A stretch of 64,000 bases of DNA from the human T2T-CHM13v2.0 reference genome, Homo sapiens, in assembly GCF_009914755.1 (NCBI RefSeq), contig NC_060927.1. One strand, given 5' to 3'. The position numbers and the translations under genes are program-made. Shown here in pieces: positions 43,031-57,470 of this stretch. Positions within the stretch are counted from its first letter, which is position 1. Each line of letters starts with the position of its first letter. The notes beneath the pieces are model-generated. The model did not search any database. It was not told the DNA's origin and was given only the letters and a program-made list of their open reading frames with translations.

Positions 43031-43298
43031 CCGCTCTTCTGGAGCTCAGAACCTAAGGGGGAAGAAACTCAAGTAAAAAGTAATTGCAGCTTTGAATGAT
43101 AAGCAATACAAGGAAAGTCTGCACAAGACCCAAAGGGAGACACAAATAAAGAAGACATCAGTTCTGAAAGTTGGTCTGGAAATTGAGTGAACTTAAAGGG
43201 AAAGATAGGGATGGCCCAAACCCAGGGTGTTAAATTCCCAGCCAGCTGCCCATCACCCCTGAAGATCTTAAGGGAGCAATGCAGGAGACATAATTTTT

Positions 43299-43762
43299 TT
43301 TTTATTTTACTTTTAAGTTCTGGGATACATGAGCAGAAAGTACAGATTTATTACATAAGTATACATGTGCCATGGTGGTTTGCTGCACTCAGCAACCCAT
43401 CATCTACATTAGGTATTTCTCTTAATGCTCTCCCTCCCGTAGCCCCCTGCCCCCCGACAGGACCCAGTGTGTGATGTTCCCCTCCCTGTATCAATGTGTT
43501 CTCATTGTTCAACTTCCACTTATGAGTGAGAACATGCAGTGTTTGGTTTTCTTTTCCTGTGTTAGTTTGCTGAGAATGATGGTTTCCAGCTTCATCCATG
43601 TCCCTGCAAAGGACATGAACTCATCCTTTTTTTATGGCTGCATAGTATTCCATGGTGTATATGTGCCACATTTTCTTTATCCAGTATATCATTGATGGGC
43701 ATTTGGGTTGGTTCCAAATCTTTGCTATTGTGAACAGTGCTGCTATAAACATACGTGTGCAT
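43299..43762 (-). mobile_element. 5'-truncated L1PA (L1PA6-8-like)
   Basis: L1PA 3' UTR on minus strand; TSD ggagacataattttt / ggagacacaattttt. Confidence 0.92.
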
Positions 43763-45845
43763 GGAGACACAATTTTTATTTTTGTTTTGTGGAAGGGCAA
43801 ACCTGTGAGCTGGGCCAGACTGTGGGTGACTTACCACACTGCCTTTGTGTGGGCCAAAGAAGCCAGGTGGCCTCCCTAGCTTCTTGTTCCCCAGTGCACT
43901 CCCAGGACTTGGCCTCCACAGGGGACCCCTTCATGGCAAGATGAAACAAAGTAGATGAAATGCAAGGAGAAAAGGTGGGATCTCATGGAGGTCCATTTAT
44001 TGCAGAGCCTCATAAAGAGGCAAACCATACAATGACTTGGGGTTTTAGCCTCTTCCTAATTTCCAGCCCCTAGCAGTACCCTTGGCCCTCTCTCCCAGTG
44101 CTCTTCCTCTTCCTCTGGGGTGCAAAACAGTAGCAGAAATTTTAGGGTTTCCCCAGATATCAACAAGTAAAATAAGAAAAGAAGGAGATGTTTGAGTTGA
44201 ATTGTTTGAGCTCTTTTATGAAATGAGAAGAGGATTGAGAGGCAGGATTGGAGAACCTAAGATGCAAAGGCAAAGAGTCACAGCATAGCCACTGGCATGA
44301 CCGCCAACACCCCAATATGCATACATTTCTGTACTATAATTTTGGCTGGAAAAGGCTTCTCAGATGTATAGGTGACTTTGGGCCTGATCCAAGCCACCAC
44401 ACTATTCTCAGCATCTTATGCTAAGCAGATAGGTGTCTGGGATACTATAAAATCCTTTCAGCAAGGATATTTTATTCTTGGGAACTGTTGGGATATATGA
44501 AAAAAGATAAAAAAAGAGTCTACCAAAGTTAGATCTTATTTTAAAACCTGCACCTAACTGTTGATAGGTCCCAGAATCATCCAGGATAGTATAAGTATCA
44601 TAAAGTATTTAGTGTTTAGTGATGGGATCAGGATTCAGCCTAATCAAGTTGGATACATAGTGTTCAATAATGTGCTGAATGTGGAAAGTTAGTTGCTTAG
44701 GCAATGGTTCTCACTCTCTGCACGGCCAAATAGGTTTTTTGTTTGTTTGTTTTGTTGTTTTGTTTTGTTTTCCCCACTCCCTTCCATTCTGAAGAAATGG
44801 TCTAACTGTGTAAGACCATACAAGGATGTCATACCAAGGACAAGGGTAAGCCTGGACCGGGAGCAGAAGAGGGATGGATTGCAATATCTAATCTGTAAGC
44901 ACATCTCTGGCATATATTACTATCTAATAAATAGTTGGACTTGATCTTCACCTTGAGTCATATTACAAAGGGATTCATCCTATTACCTTACACTCTAGGA
45001 AAGGGGGAATGCCTCGACCTCCCTGGGAGAAAATATATATATATAATTCCTATTCTCTCCCACACAGGGAGTAAAGAGGACTGGAACATCTCAGTTAACA
45101 CCAACGTTAACACCATGTTAAATTAGCCACATTAAGAGATGTCTTCATCCAGACCATCATGAGGTAATTGAGCTGCTTGATGGACTTCTCAGATCCTTCT
45201 GTGATGAGCTGACACCTGCTCCCCAGTGGTGGAAACGCAGCTCTGCTCACATCCCACGGGTATCACCACCCCTTCCCCAGTGATGCTGGGTTTTTGTTGT
45301 TTGTTTGTTTGGTTGGTTGGTTGGTTGATTGGTTGGTTTTTTGATGTTTTTATTTTTTTTTCCAGCTTCACTGGATCTTTTGGACTCAAATGCTGCTGCA
45401 TCTGGATCTGAGCTCACAGAAGGGGATTGCTGCTTCTACATGATGAGGTGAAAGGTGCTCCATCTCTAGGCTGGGCAAATTTTCTTTTGCTCCACCCAAG
45501 GGGTAGCCTCCACCTCTTTCTACTCATCCTTACCACCTTCATGCTAGGAGATGGTGGGATCCCTTTGAGGTCCATTTGGAATACTGCCTGTTGTCCTATG
45601 TCCTTTGTGTGAATACCAGTGTGCTAGGACAGAGTGGAAGCCCTTGACCAAGTTCTCATAGGTTCAGTGTTACCCTATAGCACTGAGACAGACATACCTC
45701 AGCCTCAGAGCATTTCTCAAACTGGCAGGAGTACTGAGTGGTGCATTTTAAATGCAGGGTTCCTGAAAGCTACGCTATCTCATTTGAAATGAGGCCTGTG
45801 TCTGGCCTACATGTCCTAGGACCACACATGAGGTCTCAGGGAGTT

Positions 45846-45846
<1 letters not shown>

Positions 45847-45876
<30 letters not shown>

Positions 45877-46159
45877 GAGACGGAGTTTCATTCTTGTCAC
45901 ACAGGCTGGTGTGCAGTGGCGTGATCTTGGCTCATGCAAACTCCATCTCCTGGGTTCAAGTGATTCTCCTACCTCAGCCTCCAGAGTATCTGGGATTACA
46001 AGAGCTCGCCACCACGCCCAGCTAATTTTTGTATTTTTAGTAGAGATGGGGTTTCCCCATGTTGGCCAGGCTTGTCTGGAACTCCTGACCTCAGGTGATC
46101 TGCCCACCTCAGCCTCCCAAAGTGCTGGGATTACAGGCATGAGCCACCGCACCCAGCCT
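45847..46159 (-). mobile_element. AluS (Sq/Sp-like) with ~30-nt poly-A
   Basis: Reverse Alu; flanks gggagttc on both sides. Confidence 0.95.
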
Positions 46160-47151
46160 GGGAGTTCTTAATCATACCATGTTATGCTGGGATGCCCCAG
46201 TAGCCCATTTGTAATAGCTCCTGGAGAATATTCCTCAGTTTAGCAGTCTATGAGATAAGGCTACACTTTCTGCTCCTTTGTCTGCAGCAAAACAGAAAAC
46301 AGAGGCCCACAGGTAGCCTGGCTTTGGTCTCAAAAGCAAGAATTGGGAGTGAAGAAAGTGGTGTAATTCCCATTTGAGGACCCATGTATTGCCTCCATGG
46401 GATTATACGTTTCTTTGGGATAATAGAGAGTAATTATAAGCTGTTTGACCTTCAGCGAGGAAATTTTTCATAATAACCAAGTCTCCAAGTCCTCCTTTGA
46501 TTAGACTGAATCTGATCAGAGAAGAATTTTTCCCCTAATATCTATGCAATAATAGACACTTGCTCATCCCTGATAGGACATGCTTAGAATTCATGACTAC
46601 AGGATTTGTCACCACAAAATCTGTAGTTTCAACTGTCAGGTTGTAGAGACAAAAAGTTGATGTATACTAATTGTTGTCCTTCACTGGTCTGAGTGGTCTG
46701 AGTTTTCAATCTCCCCCTGTCCTATCTTTGACAGTAGGTTTCCACTGCATATATATTGGGCAGGGGTGTCATAATTCCTCTAAATATACTTTGGGCCACA
46801 GGAATGGAGCTGCATTTATTTATAGCTACTTCTGCTTCTCTTATATCTGAGATCTTCATGCCCCACTTAGCACCGTAAGGTGATCTTTCCCAGAACAATA
46901 GTACCTACACTCATAACCTCACCCACAGCCCCAGTGATGCACATTTGCATATAATGTACTTGTCAATTATCTCCTTTTTTTCTAACAGGTGCAGCTGAAG
47001 TTCTTATCTTGGGTGGGGTTGAGAAGGGACAGGTACAAAGCAAGCATTGACCCCAGGGTCATTTAAGACTTTCTTTTTTCCATATATGTCCACTCATGTA
47101 TAGTACACAATCTACCATCTTTACTTTTGTGTTTTTTAGGACACTACTGAC

Positions 47152-47510
47152 TGCTATGGTCTGAATGTTTGCATCCTCCTCAAATTCATGTTGAAACCTA
47201 ATCCCCAATGTGATGGCATTTGGAGTGGGGCCATTGGGAAGTGATTAGGTCGTGGGGGTGAAGCCCTCATGAATGGCATTAGTGCCATGGGATTTGAGGC
47301 TGAAGAGATCAAAGTCCTTGTGTTTTGTCATGTGAAGTTACAATGAGAAGATGTCCCTGTATGAAAGAAGTGGACATTCACTACACATCATATCTGCTGG
47401 TGCCTTGATCTTGGCCTTCCCGGCCTCTAGAACTATGAAAAATAAATTTTTGTTGTTTCAACTATCCAGTTTATGGTATTTTGTTATAGCAGCCTAAATA
47501 GGCTAAGATA
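47152..47510 (+). mobile_element. MLT1A-type solo LTR
   Basis: tgctatggtctgaatg...ggctaagata; TSD ctgac / ctgat. Confidence 0.88.
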
Positions 47511-48619
47511 CTGATTCACTGAAAAAGACTGTTTTTCATTAGGCTTCCTATGTTGTGATCCCCATACTTACAAGATTGAAAAGTTTAGATCCTGCTTATA
47601 GAGTTATGGCAGAGTTTTTCTGTAACTCCATCATAACCTATAGCCTATAGTTCTATAGAGCAGATATACTGCTCCACAAATGAGTGATCATTTGGGCAAT
47701 TTTGCAGATCTTATGATTTCCCTTTCTATGGATCTCAGCCTCTTGAAATCGTCCCACTGACCTTTCTCACAAGCTTCAATCCTACCCCGGAGTTGGAACC
47801 TAAGACTGACAGTTATTTGTTTTATGGCTGCTGGAAAGAACCTCTGGAAGTGATGAAGGGTGTTGGCCAGGCCCCTTCCCTTGCCAATCCCCAGGCTCTT
47901 GAGTCTTTCAAATGCACCAACCTCTCTGCAGCTAAGCCCTTACTGATAAAGAATACAGAAATCACTGTCCACTAGACCTCCCATCCAATGCTGCCTTGCA
48001 GCGTGCAATTTTCTGCTGATAAGTGAGGCGCTGTTATCAGTCCACATTCAGAATGCTACTCCATGCTTACTTCTTAAATGTATTCTCAATAGCCCACTTC
48101 AGCTCTAGAAACTGCAGATATAAGTAGAGTATCAGGCCTCACTGTCAGAAAGAATGCAAAAGGTTCGCTTTCTACAGTTTTCCTGGCACAACCTTCTACT
48201 CACAACCACCCATCAACCTTCCAAACCAGCTTGTATGTGATTAGAAAGGATATTGGGGTCAGCTGAAGGCACAGCAGGAGTGGAATGGCCATTCCACTCA
48301 GGTTGGCATGCTGATCACCTCTCACCAAACAGTTCAGGGCCTAGGCCAAACCCTTCTCTTTCAGAGCCTAAGACTGCCCACCCAGGCCATCCGTGCTCAG
48401 AAAACCTGAAGTTAAATTAGTAAGGAGTTTGACAAATTACTCATTATAACCATCAAACCCCAAACTCTCCTTAGTTTTCTAGGATGGAAGGTGAGAGCTC
48501 AGATCTTAGCCCCACTTATATGAGGACTCACAGCAGAACAGACAGCAGCAAAGAAACAAGGTAAGTCATCAGCAACAAACAGTTGGTTCTCATAACCCCT
48601 CAAATCCTTGCAACACAAT

Positions 48620-48930
48620 CATGCCCTTCAGAGACATAAGTGCTTCCAAGGGGCTCTTAATCCCAGCTACCATCTCCAACTTCAGTCCACTCACTTGCTG
48701 TACCTACACCGGGCTCTTTTTTATCCAAGATCATGTTCTTTCCTTTCTACTTTCTTTGCACTTGCTGTTCCCCCTTCCTGAATAATTTGTCCCTGTGTCT
48801 TCTCATTGCTGGCTCTTTCTATCCCTCAGGTCTCAGGGCTCCTCAGAGTCTCTTTTTCCTGTCCCTACTTAAAGTAGCTCCTCGCTCCCACCTGCTTCCA
48901 ATTTTTTCACCCTGATCATTTATATTTATA
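48620..48930 (+). mobile_element. L2 fragment
   Basis: ctttgcacttgctgttccc..cctgaataat motif. Confidence 0.55.
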
Positions 48931-49476
48931 CACTTGAAGATATTATCTGCTTCTGCTGAGTCTCTAGAACCCTCTCACCTCCCACAATGAAATGTTCCTA
49001 AGTATGTTTTGGGCTGTGGTTTCTCCATCAAATTCCATCTGCTTTCTGATTGCAACTATTCCTTCTACATTCTGGTAAATTAACATAGCCTTTTCTTGTT
49101 TTCCAGAACGGTTATGAGTTTTTAAAGTATTTTTCTGCCATTTATATGGTTTTATGATGAGAAAAAAGGCCAAAATATGTGTTTAGTATGCTATCTTGAT
49201 CCAATCTCTTCTCTCCAATTTCTACATGCAGGAAATGAGGTTCAGAGAAGCTAAGTAACTTTCCAGTTCACACAAGCTAGGAAGTATGGCAGAGCTAACG
49301 TGTATCATGATGATAATGAATATCCCCTGGGATTGGCATAATAATGAGGGTACCGCAGAAGGGGAATAAGTCTTTATTTATACATTTACCTAGAGTCATC
49401 CCTAACTTCAAATTATCAGGTCTATCTGGATTTTTGGTCCAAGAAAATTAGACATGGATCTCATAGGTATAGCAAG

Positions 49477-50297
49477 TGATACAGATGGGAGGCAGGGAAA
49501 TACTGGATAGAAGAGGGCAGTTCCCAGGCAAAGGCCTGACCCTCAAGCCTGGAAGCCACAGCTTGTCCTAAATAAGAACAATTATTCCTGTTTTCCCACC
49601 CAAACGTTGGTTTTTCCAAAACCACCCTGGCCCACCACACCCCCCAACCTGTATCCATAAAAACCCCAAACTTCACCAGCAGAAGAGCAGAGTGGCGTGG
49701 CAGAGAACGAGTGAGGAGAAGAAGCAACAGAGTGATGGAGACTATGGATATGCATGCTTAATCTCAGATGGCACAACTTTGGAGAGGAGCCCTGCGGGAG
49801 ACAGCAAGGCTTCAGGGAATGATCATCTTCTTCTCGCATCATCCCCCTCCCAGCTCCTCTTTGTGAGAGCCACCTCCATCACTCAATAAAACCTCCTCAT
49901 TCACCATCCTTCAAGTCCATGTGACCTGATCCTTCCTGGACACCAGACAAGGACCCAGGTATCAAGAGGGCAGGATGTAAAAGGCTGTCACCCTGACTCT
50001 CCACTGAACTGGTTAACACTTAGCCATCCACAGATGGCAAACACTAAAAGAGCATTGTTTGTAGCACACACTCTCTGGGGCTCCAGAGGTCTTGGGCAAC
50101 CACTAGATGCTGCCACAGGCTGGTAAAGGGTTCATTCCTGCTGGTGCCTAAAGGCACTCACCCCAGCTCCTGCACCTGCTCACCTAAGTGCTCCCCCTCC
50201 CACAAGGGGTTTGAGCTCAGTGGCCAAGCAAAATGAGCCATCCCCCCGCTCTCCCTTCACAAATCCCACAAGAGGGTCAGGGAACTGCCCCATCTCA
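49477..50297 (+). mobile_element. ERV1 solo LTR (LTR1-family-like)
   Basis: tgatacagatgggaggcagggaaatactgg...ccatctca; AATAAA at ~49885; 4-bp TSD caag. Confidence 0.85.
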
Positions 50298-51919
50298 CAA
50301 GGAGGTTCAATAGTTCCAATATTTCTTTTATAGAATATTCAGTCTATTTCATTAAAAATCGTTCCTCTTACAGGGATTATTCAAGTCTAAAGACCAGCTT
50401 TGCACATGTCAGCATTGCATACTATATTATGAGGCAGCAGAGGATAGAAAAGATCACTGACTTTGGAATTAAACAGGCCCAGTTTTTACTAGTTCTCTGA
50501 TCTTGCATTTTGTAAAATGAGGACTTTAATTGCAATTCTTCGTGGTTAGAAGCAATACATGATAAGCTGTCATTAATTAGTAGTTGCTGTGAGTATTAAT
50601 GGGATAGTCTCTTGATAAAACAATATAATACATATATATTTAGTTTAAGCAAGATTTCTGACCACCTTAAATTTTATTTTGGAACTTTTATTCAAAAGAT
50701 TATTTTGATTTCTGTACTTTTCCCATAAAACCCCAGCTTCAGTTATCCTTGCCTTTTGATCTATGCTCTGTTTCTGCTACCCTCAAAACTTGTGTCTCTT
50801 GCCCCTTGGAGGCTGAGAATTCTCTCCATGTAAGCTAGATAATAACAGCGGGTTTTCCCAAATCAATTCATAAACTTTAGTTAATCGTTGCTGATTCTAA
50901 GGAAATAAGAAGAAATCTTTTTACCCAAACAAAATGTACCATAAACAAGGTTTGCCTACATTCCGCACAGTAATGCATTACAAAGAACTGAATACATGAA
51001 GCTGCTAAAGAAAGGGAAGCTATGGAGAATGTTTTCATGAGAAGAAATGGCAAAACTTATGGGGGATATTGAGAATGTAAGTCCTTGAACGGAGACTGAT
51101 TGGAAAAAAAAATTATGAAAAGATTGTCTGCCTGAATAATAGAGTAACTAGCGACCTTGAACACAGAAGGAATGTAGAATAGAAGAGAAACAATGAAGTC
51201 TTTTTAGAACAGAGAATAATACTCATAAGAGGCAATTTTTAAATGAAAGACAGAATGCTCTATAATAGAAATACTGGAGGTCTGAACCACCTTGTAATTC
51301 ATAGAGAGGGGAACACCAGTGGCCTTGCTTAGAAACCCACAGCTAAGAGAAGGGAGAGCAGCTTGAAATAAAATTATTGATTTCCTTGGAATGAGGCCAG
51401 TATGACATCCTCTTGTAAGGCTTGGCTGGATTCTTACAGGATCACTTTGAACAATGAAATCTAATGAATATGCAAAAACAAAAGCCAAGGCACATCTGGT
51501 TGCACCAACAAGATGTAGAGTAGTTTGCTTTTTAAAACAAAACACCCTGTTTTCCTTCCTTTTATACACTTTGTAATATTTTCCCTAATGAAAAAAGAAG
51601 TTTTCATCAAATTTCAGGCAAAAACAATTTATCATGAAATATTATAGAGCTTTGGTGGTAAAAAGATAACCATTAAGTGATATGAGGGGGGGAAATGATG
51701 ATTTTTAGGCCTCTCTTCAAATATAGTTTGGAAAGCTATAGTGGCCTTTTATTATTTCTGGCTACCCAGCATCTCTCCTCTCCCTTGAGGTATTATGTGC
51801 CTCTTCTGGGTATCCCCACCTTTGGGGAACTGCTCCTGCCCCTTTTCACAGGTTCTGGTGGAATTGCCAAGCAAGAGACTCCATTCAGTGGCTTCCCATG
51901 TGCCTCTCTTTTCTGAGTT

Positions 51920-54585
51920 GGAGGTGATTGTTGTAACTTCATGTGGCAGAGGGGCCAAAGGAGATCTCTCAGGCCTCTTTTGTAAGGGCACTAATCCCAT
52001 TCACAAGGGCTCCACCCTCACAACCTAATCACCTTCCAAAGACCCACCCCCTATTACCATTACTTTACAGGGTAAGATTTCAACAAATGAATTTGGAGGG
52101 GAGGACACAAATATTCAAACCACAGCACTGCACCCCTAGTCTCCCAAATTTCAATTCCCTCTCTCATACAAAATACATTTGTTTCATCCCAGTAGTCCGA
52201 AAAGTCTTAACTCATTTCAACACCAATGTGAAAATCTAAAGTTTCATTTAAATATCATGCTAATCAGATATGGGTGATATTCAAAATTTGATTCATTCTG
52301 AGGCAAATTGCTCTCTAGCTGTGAACTTGTGAAACCAAACAAGTTATGTGCTCCCAAAATACAATGATGGGACAGGACAGGCACAGGACAGACATTCCCA
52401 TTCCAAAAGAAAGACATAGGAAGGAAGAAAAAAGAGGCAGGTCTCGATCAAGTCTAAAGCTTTAAACCTGGAGAATAATCTTTTTTGACCTGATATTTTG
52501 CCCTCCAGGCTCACTGCGACAAAGGTCCTGCCATTAAGATGGAGGAAGAACCCTCACTTAGGGGATTGCAGGTCCCCCCAAGCATGGAAATAAAGGAAAA
52601 TCTTGAGTGCCTTCAAGAGAAATCCCAAGTACCTAGCTATCCCTGAAAAGTAAATAAGTAACTTGATAAGCAAGAATGTAATAGTAGCTTAAAACAATAG
52701 CCCAGGAAGCTGGAATCATAGGATGTTTGGTTCCTCATAGAAACTAAAGATAACATCTTAACACATGTCTCTGTGTTGTTTTTCAGAAACCCATAACTCC
52801 ACCAAATGGATCCACTGGCATGTAGATCTCAGATAAGGGGGAACTGCGGACTGAACTCTGACCACCATTCTTTATTCTAAAGTTCTTCCTGAAGGGCCTG
52901 GAGGAGGTCACGCTCATGAGCCAGAGCTAACAGTCTTTTCTCCTGACCTCAACATTTTTAACAAAGCTTCTCTTCCTTAACCAATTGCAAATCAGAAAAT
53001 CTTTGACTCTACATAGACTATGACCTAGAAGCCCCCACTTCAAGATATCCTGCCTTCGTGTAACCTCTCAAAACTAATTTGTAGCCTCCATGTATTGATT
53101 TAGGATTTTGCTTGTAACTTCTGCCTTCCTGAAATTTATCCCTACCTTGAAAAAATCCTACCTTCAAGCAATCTGGGAAGTCAAGACTTGAGCATTAGCT
53201 GCCTGATCCTTCTTGCTTGGTGCCCTGCAAAGAAAGGCCTTGCTTTCTCCCACTGCAAATTTTGGTGTGGATATCTGGCCTTACTAAACACAGTGAGTGG
53301 ACCTTAGTTTGGTTTGATAACATCTTCCCTACCCACTGGGCCAGTGGTCCTGCCTCCACAGATTTGGGCAGTCTCTCCCTGATGGCTTTGCTGGGAATAG
53401 CCAGTCCAAGGCACTCACAGGTTGGAGTTGTGTGCTTTCAGCTCTTCTGAGCTGGAATCACACAGGTGGCTCTACCATCTGGGGTCTCAGAGGTGACCCT
53501 GCCCCCATGGAAGCTCTCTGCTTCATCCCCAGCTCTCTGGAACATACTTTGGAATCTAGATGGAGGCAGCCATACCTCCGAAGCTTTGCTGGGTGCAGCA
53601 CTTGCTGCACTTCAGGCCGCCAAGCAGCATGGCAACCCAGCGCAGTGAGAGAAGCCTGAGATGTGAGGTAACACAGGCACCAGGGATTCCCCACCCTTGA
53701 TATTGCTCCAGCCCCAGGCCCTGGCACTCTAGGCCTATGATAGGAGGGGCAATCCCAGTGATCTCTGAAATGCCTTTGGGGACATTCTTGCATTGTCTTA
53801 GGAATATGTTCTGACTTCTGTTTAGACAGCTCACTAATCTCCCCATTGTCTTGATAAATAGCACCTGGCTTCCACTGAAATGCCTGATGTATCAATCACT
53901 TGGCCACACCCTTGTTGTCTTCCAAACAGGTTTTCTCATTTTTTCCGATAGAGATAGGCTGAGATTTTTCACAATTGTTAAGTTCTGCTTCCTTTTCATT
54001 AACAATTGTAGCTTCAAATCATTTCTCTCTTCTTGCATTTTATTATAGGAAGTCAAGAGAAACCACACCATACCTTCAACACTTTGCTTAGCAATTTCCT
54101 CAGCCAAATATCCAATTTCATTGCTCACAAATTAAATCTTCCTCAAAATAATAGAACACAAAACAATTTAGCCATGTTCTTTGCCACTTTATTAAAAAGA
54201 TAGTTTTTCTTCCACTGTCCAATATCATATTCCTCATTTCTGTCTTTCACCTCACCAGAATGACCTTTATCATCCATATTTTAATTAACATTCTGTTTAT
54301 GACTGCTTAGGTATTCTCTAATAAGACTGAGGCTTTCTCTATAGTTTGCCTCTTCTCCTTCTGGGCACTCACCATAATCACCCTTACAATCTATGCACGT
54401 CAATGCAGACTTATTCTAGCACACACTTTAAAATTCCTGCAGCCTGTACCCATGACCCAGTTCCAAAGCTGTTTCCACATTTTAGGAATCTGTTACAACA
54501 GCACTCCCACTTCTCAGTACCAATTTTCTGTCTTTGTCCATTCAGGTTGCTATGACAAAATACCATGAACTGAGTGGTGGCTTTA
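51920..54585 (-). mobile_element. MaLR (MLT1A/MSTC-type) element: partial LTR 51920-52127, internal ~52128-54529, LTR stub 54530-54585
   Basis: LTR end caaaccacagca then the internal region; ccacttctcagtaccaattttc|tgtctttgtcc junction. Confidence 0.8.
52529..53322 (+). mobile_element. ERV1 (MER4-group) solo LTR nested in the MaLR internal
   Basis: aagcatggaaataaaggaaaatcttgag...accaattgcaaatcagaaaatctttga...tttgataaca. Confidence 0.7.
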
Positions 54586-56504
54586 CCCGATCAGTTTTTC
54601 AAAAAGGATCCTAATGATTTTTTTTTTTTAAGGCAACAGACCCATGCTTGAGAGAGGTGGAGCAAGATGGTGGAATAGAAGGCTCCACCAAAGTCCCCGC
54701 TACAAGGACACCAATTTACCAACTATCTATAGTGAAAAAAACACCTTCATAATAACCAAAAATTAGGTGAGCCCTCATAGTACCTGGTTTTAAGTTCATA
54801 TCACTGAAATAGGCACAGAAGAGAAAGATGAAACAGTCCTGAATCCCTGATGCCACCCCTCCCTGACCCCCAGCAGCAGCAGCATGGTGCAGGGAGCATC
54901 TCTAGGTGCTGGGGGAGGGAGAACACAGCCATTGTGAGGCATTGAACTCAGTGCTGTCCTGTTAGAGCAGAAAGGAAAACCAGACCAAACTCAGCTGATG
55001 CCTGCTCATGGAGGGAGCCTTTAAAGGAGCCCTAGCCAGAGAGGAATCACACATCCCAGCTAACAGAACTTGAGTTCCTGCAACCCTCACCACTGAGGGC
55101 TGCAGCACTCTGTGTCTCCAAGTAAACTTGAAAGGTCATCCAGGCCATAAGGATTGCAACTCGTAGGTGAGTCCTAATGCTGAACTAGGCCCAGAGACAG
55201 TGCCTGAAGGAGGGAAGGGTGACATTTACCCACTCCCCATTCCCAGGCTGCACCACTTGCAGCTCCAAAAGAGACCCCTTCCATCCACTTGAGGAGAGGA
55301 GAGGGAAGAGTGGAGAAGGCTTTGTCTTGTGTCTTGGATACCAGCTCAGTCACAGCAGGATAGAGTACTCATCAGAGTTTTGAGGCTCCCCTTCCAGGCT
55401 CTAGTTCCCATACAATGTTTCTAGACACACCCTGGGCCAGAAGAAAGGCCACTGTCTTGAAGGAAAGGACTTGGTCCTTGAAACCTTTATCTTCTGCTCA
55501 CCAAAGAGCCCTTGGGCCCTGAATAATCAGCAGGAATACCCAGGTAATATGTCAAGGGCCTTGGGTGAGGCTCTGAGACTTGCTGGCTTCAGGTAACAGC
55601 ATGGCACAGGAGGGTAGGGCACTAAGTGAGCTTTTAGGATGTCTGATTCCAGGACTTGACACAGATGGCATTTCTGGACCTGCTGGGGCCTAGAAGGGAG
55701 CCCACTGCCCTGAAGGGTGAGTCCAGGTAACATTTACCACAGGCTGACGTAAGAGCCCTTGGGCCAGAAGGGAACATCGGCAGTAGCCTGGCAGTACTCC
55801 TTATGGCCTGAGGTGGCAGTGGCCATGGGGTGAGGCACCTTTGCCTTTGGGAAAGGGAAGGAAGGGTGGGAAGAACTGCATCTTGTGGTTTGAGTGCCAG
55901 CTCAGCTGCAGTTACAATAGAACGCCAGGTAGACGTCTTAAGGTATTTGATTCTAGTCCCTGACTCCCAGACAGCACATCTAGACCCAGCCAGGACCTCG
56001 CTACCCTGAAGGGAAGGACACAGGCCTGGTTGGTTTTGCTACCTGCTGACTGTAGAGCCTCAGGGCCTTGAGAAAACATATGCAGTACCCAGGGAGTGGT
56101 TATAGCACACCTTAGGCAAGACCTAGTACTGTGCTGGCTTCAGGTCTGACCTAGCACAGTCATAGTGGTGGTGGCCACAGGGGTGCTGTGTCACTCCACC
56201 CCCCAGCTTTAGGTGGCTCAGAACAGAGACAGAGACTCTGTTTGTTTGGGAGAAAGTAAAAGAAGAGAACAAGACTCTTTGCCTAGTAATCCAGAGAATT
56301 CTTCTGAATCTTGTCCAAGACTATCAAGGGGATACCGCTACAAGTCTGCAAGAAACACAGTATTACTGGGTTTGGAGTTTCCCCTAAGGCAGATACAGCT
56401 TAAATCACAACACCCAAGTCTTCAAATACCTGAAAATCCTCCCAAGGAGGACAAATACAAATATGCTCAGACAGTGAAGACTACCATAAATACCTAACTC
56501 TTCA

Positions 56505-57470
56505 ATGCCAAGACACCAAAGAACACCTACTAGAATCAACACCATCCAGGAAAACACGACCTCATCAAATGAGCTAAATGAGGCACCAGGGATCACTCCT
56601 GGAGAAACAGAGATATGTGACCTTTCAGACAGAGAATTCAAAGTAGCTGTGTTGAGAGAGCTCAAAGAAATTCAAGATAACACAGAGAAGAAATTCAGAA
56701 TTCTACCAGATAAATTTATCAAAGAGATTGAAATAATTAAAAAGAATCAATCAGAAATTCTGGAGCTGAAAAACCCAACTGCTGTACTGAAGAATGCATC
56801 AGAGTCCCTTAATAGCAGAATGGATCGAGTAGAAAAGAAGAATTAGTGAGCTTGAAGACAGGCTTTTTGAAAATACACAGTCAGAGGAGACAAATGAAAA
56901 AGGAATTTAAAAAAAATGAAGTACACCTACAGGATCTAGAATATAGCCTCAAAAGGGAAAATCTAACAGTTATTGGCCTTAAAGAGGAGGTAAAGAGAGA
57001 AATAGGAGTAGAAAGATTATTAACAGAGAACTTCCCAAACCTAAAGAAAGATGTCAATATCCAAATACAAGATGGTTATAGAATGCCAAGCAGATTTAAC
57101 CCAAAGAAGACTACCTCAAGACATTTAATAATCAAACTTTACCCAAAGGTAAAGGATCTTAAAAAGCAGCAAGAGAGAAGAAAGAAATAACATACAATGG
57201 AGCTCCAATACATCTGGCAGTAAACTTTTCAGTGGAAAACTTACAGGCCAGGAGTGAGTGGCATGACATATTTAAAGTGCTGAAGGAAAAAGGCTTTTAC
57301 CCTGGAATAGTATATCTAGCAAATATATCCTTCAAACATGAAGGATAAAGACTTTTCCAGGCAAATGAAAGCTGAGGAATTTTATGAACACCAGACCTGT
57401 CCTACAAGAAAGCTAAACAGAGTACTTCAATCAGAAAGAAAAGGACATTAATGAGCAATAAGTAGTCACC
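56505..57470 (+). pseudogene. L1 ORF1p remnant (frameshifted)
   Basis: ORFs 56505-56846 and 56846-57190: DLSDREFKVAVLRELKEIQ, ENFPNL, PSRFNPKKTTSRHLIIKL. Confidence 0.9.

Noticed and set aside
45775-46171. 125-aa and 98-aa ORFs
   Set aside because: Alu translations, as are the ORFs at 729, 3256, 3848, 9122, 24704 and 29067
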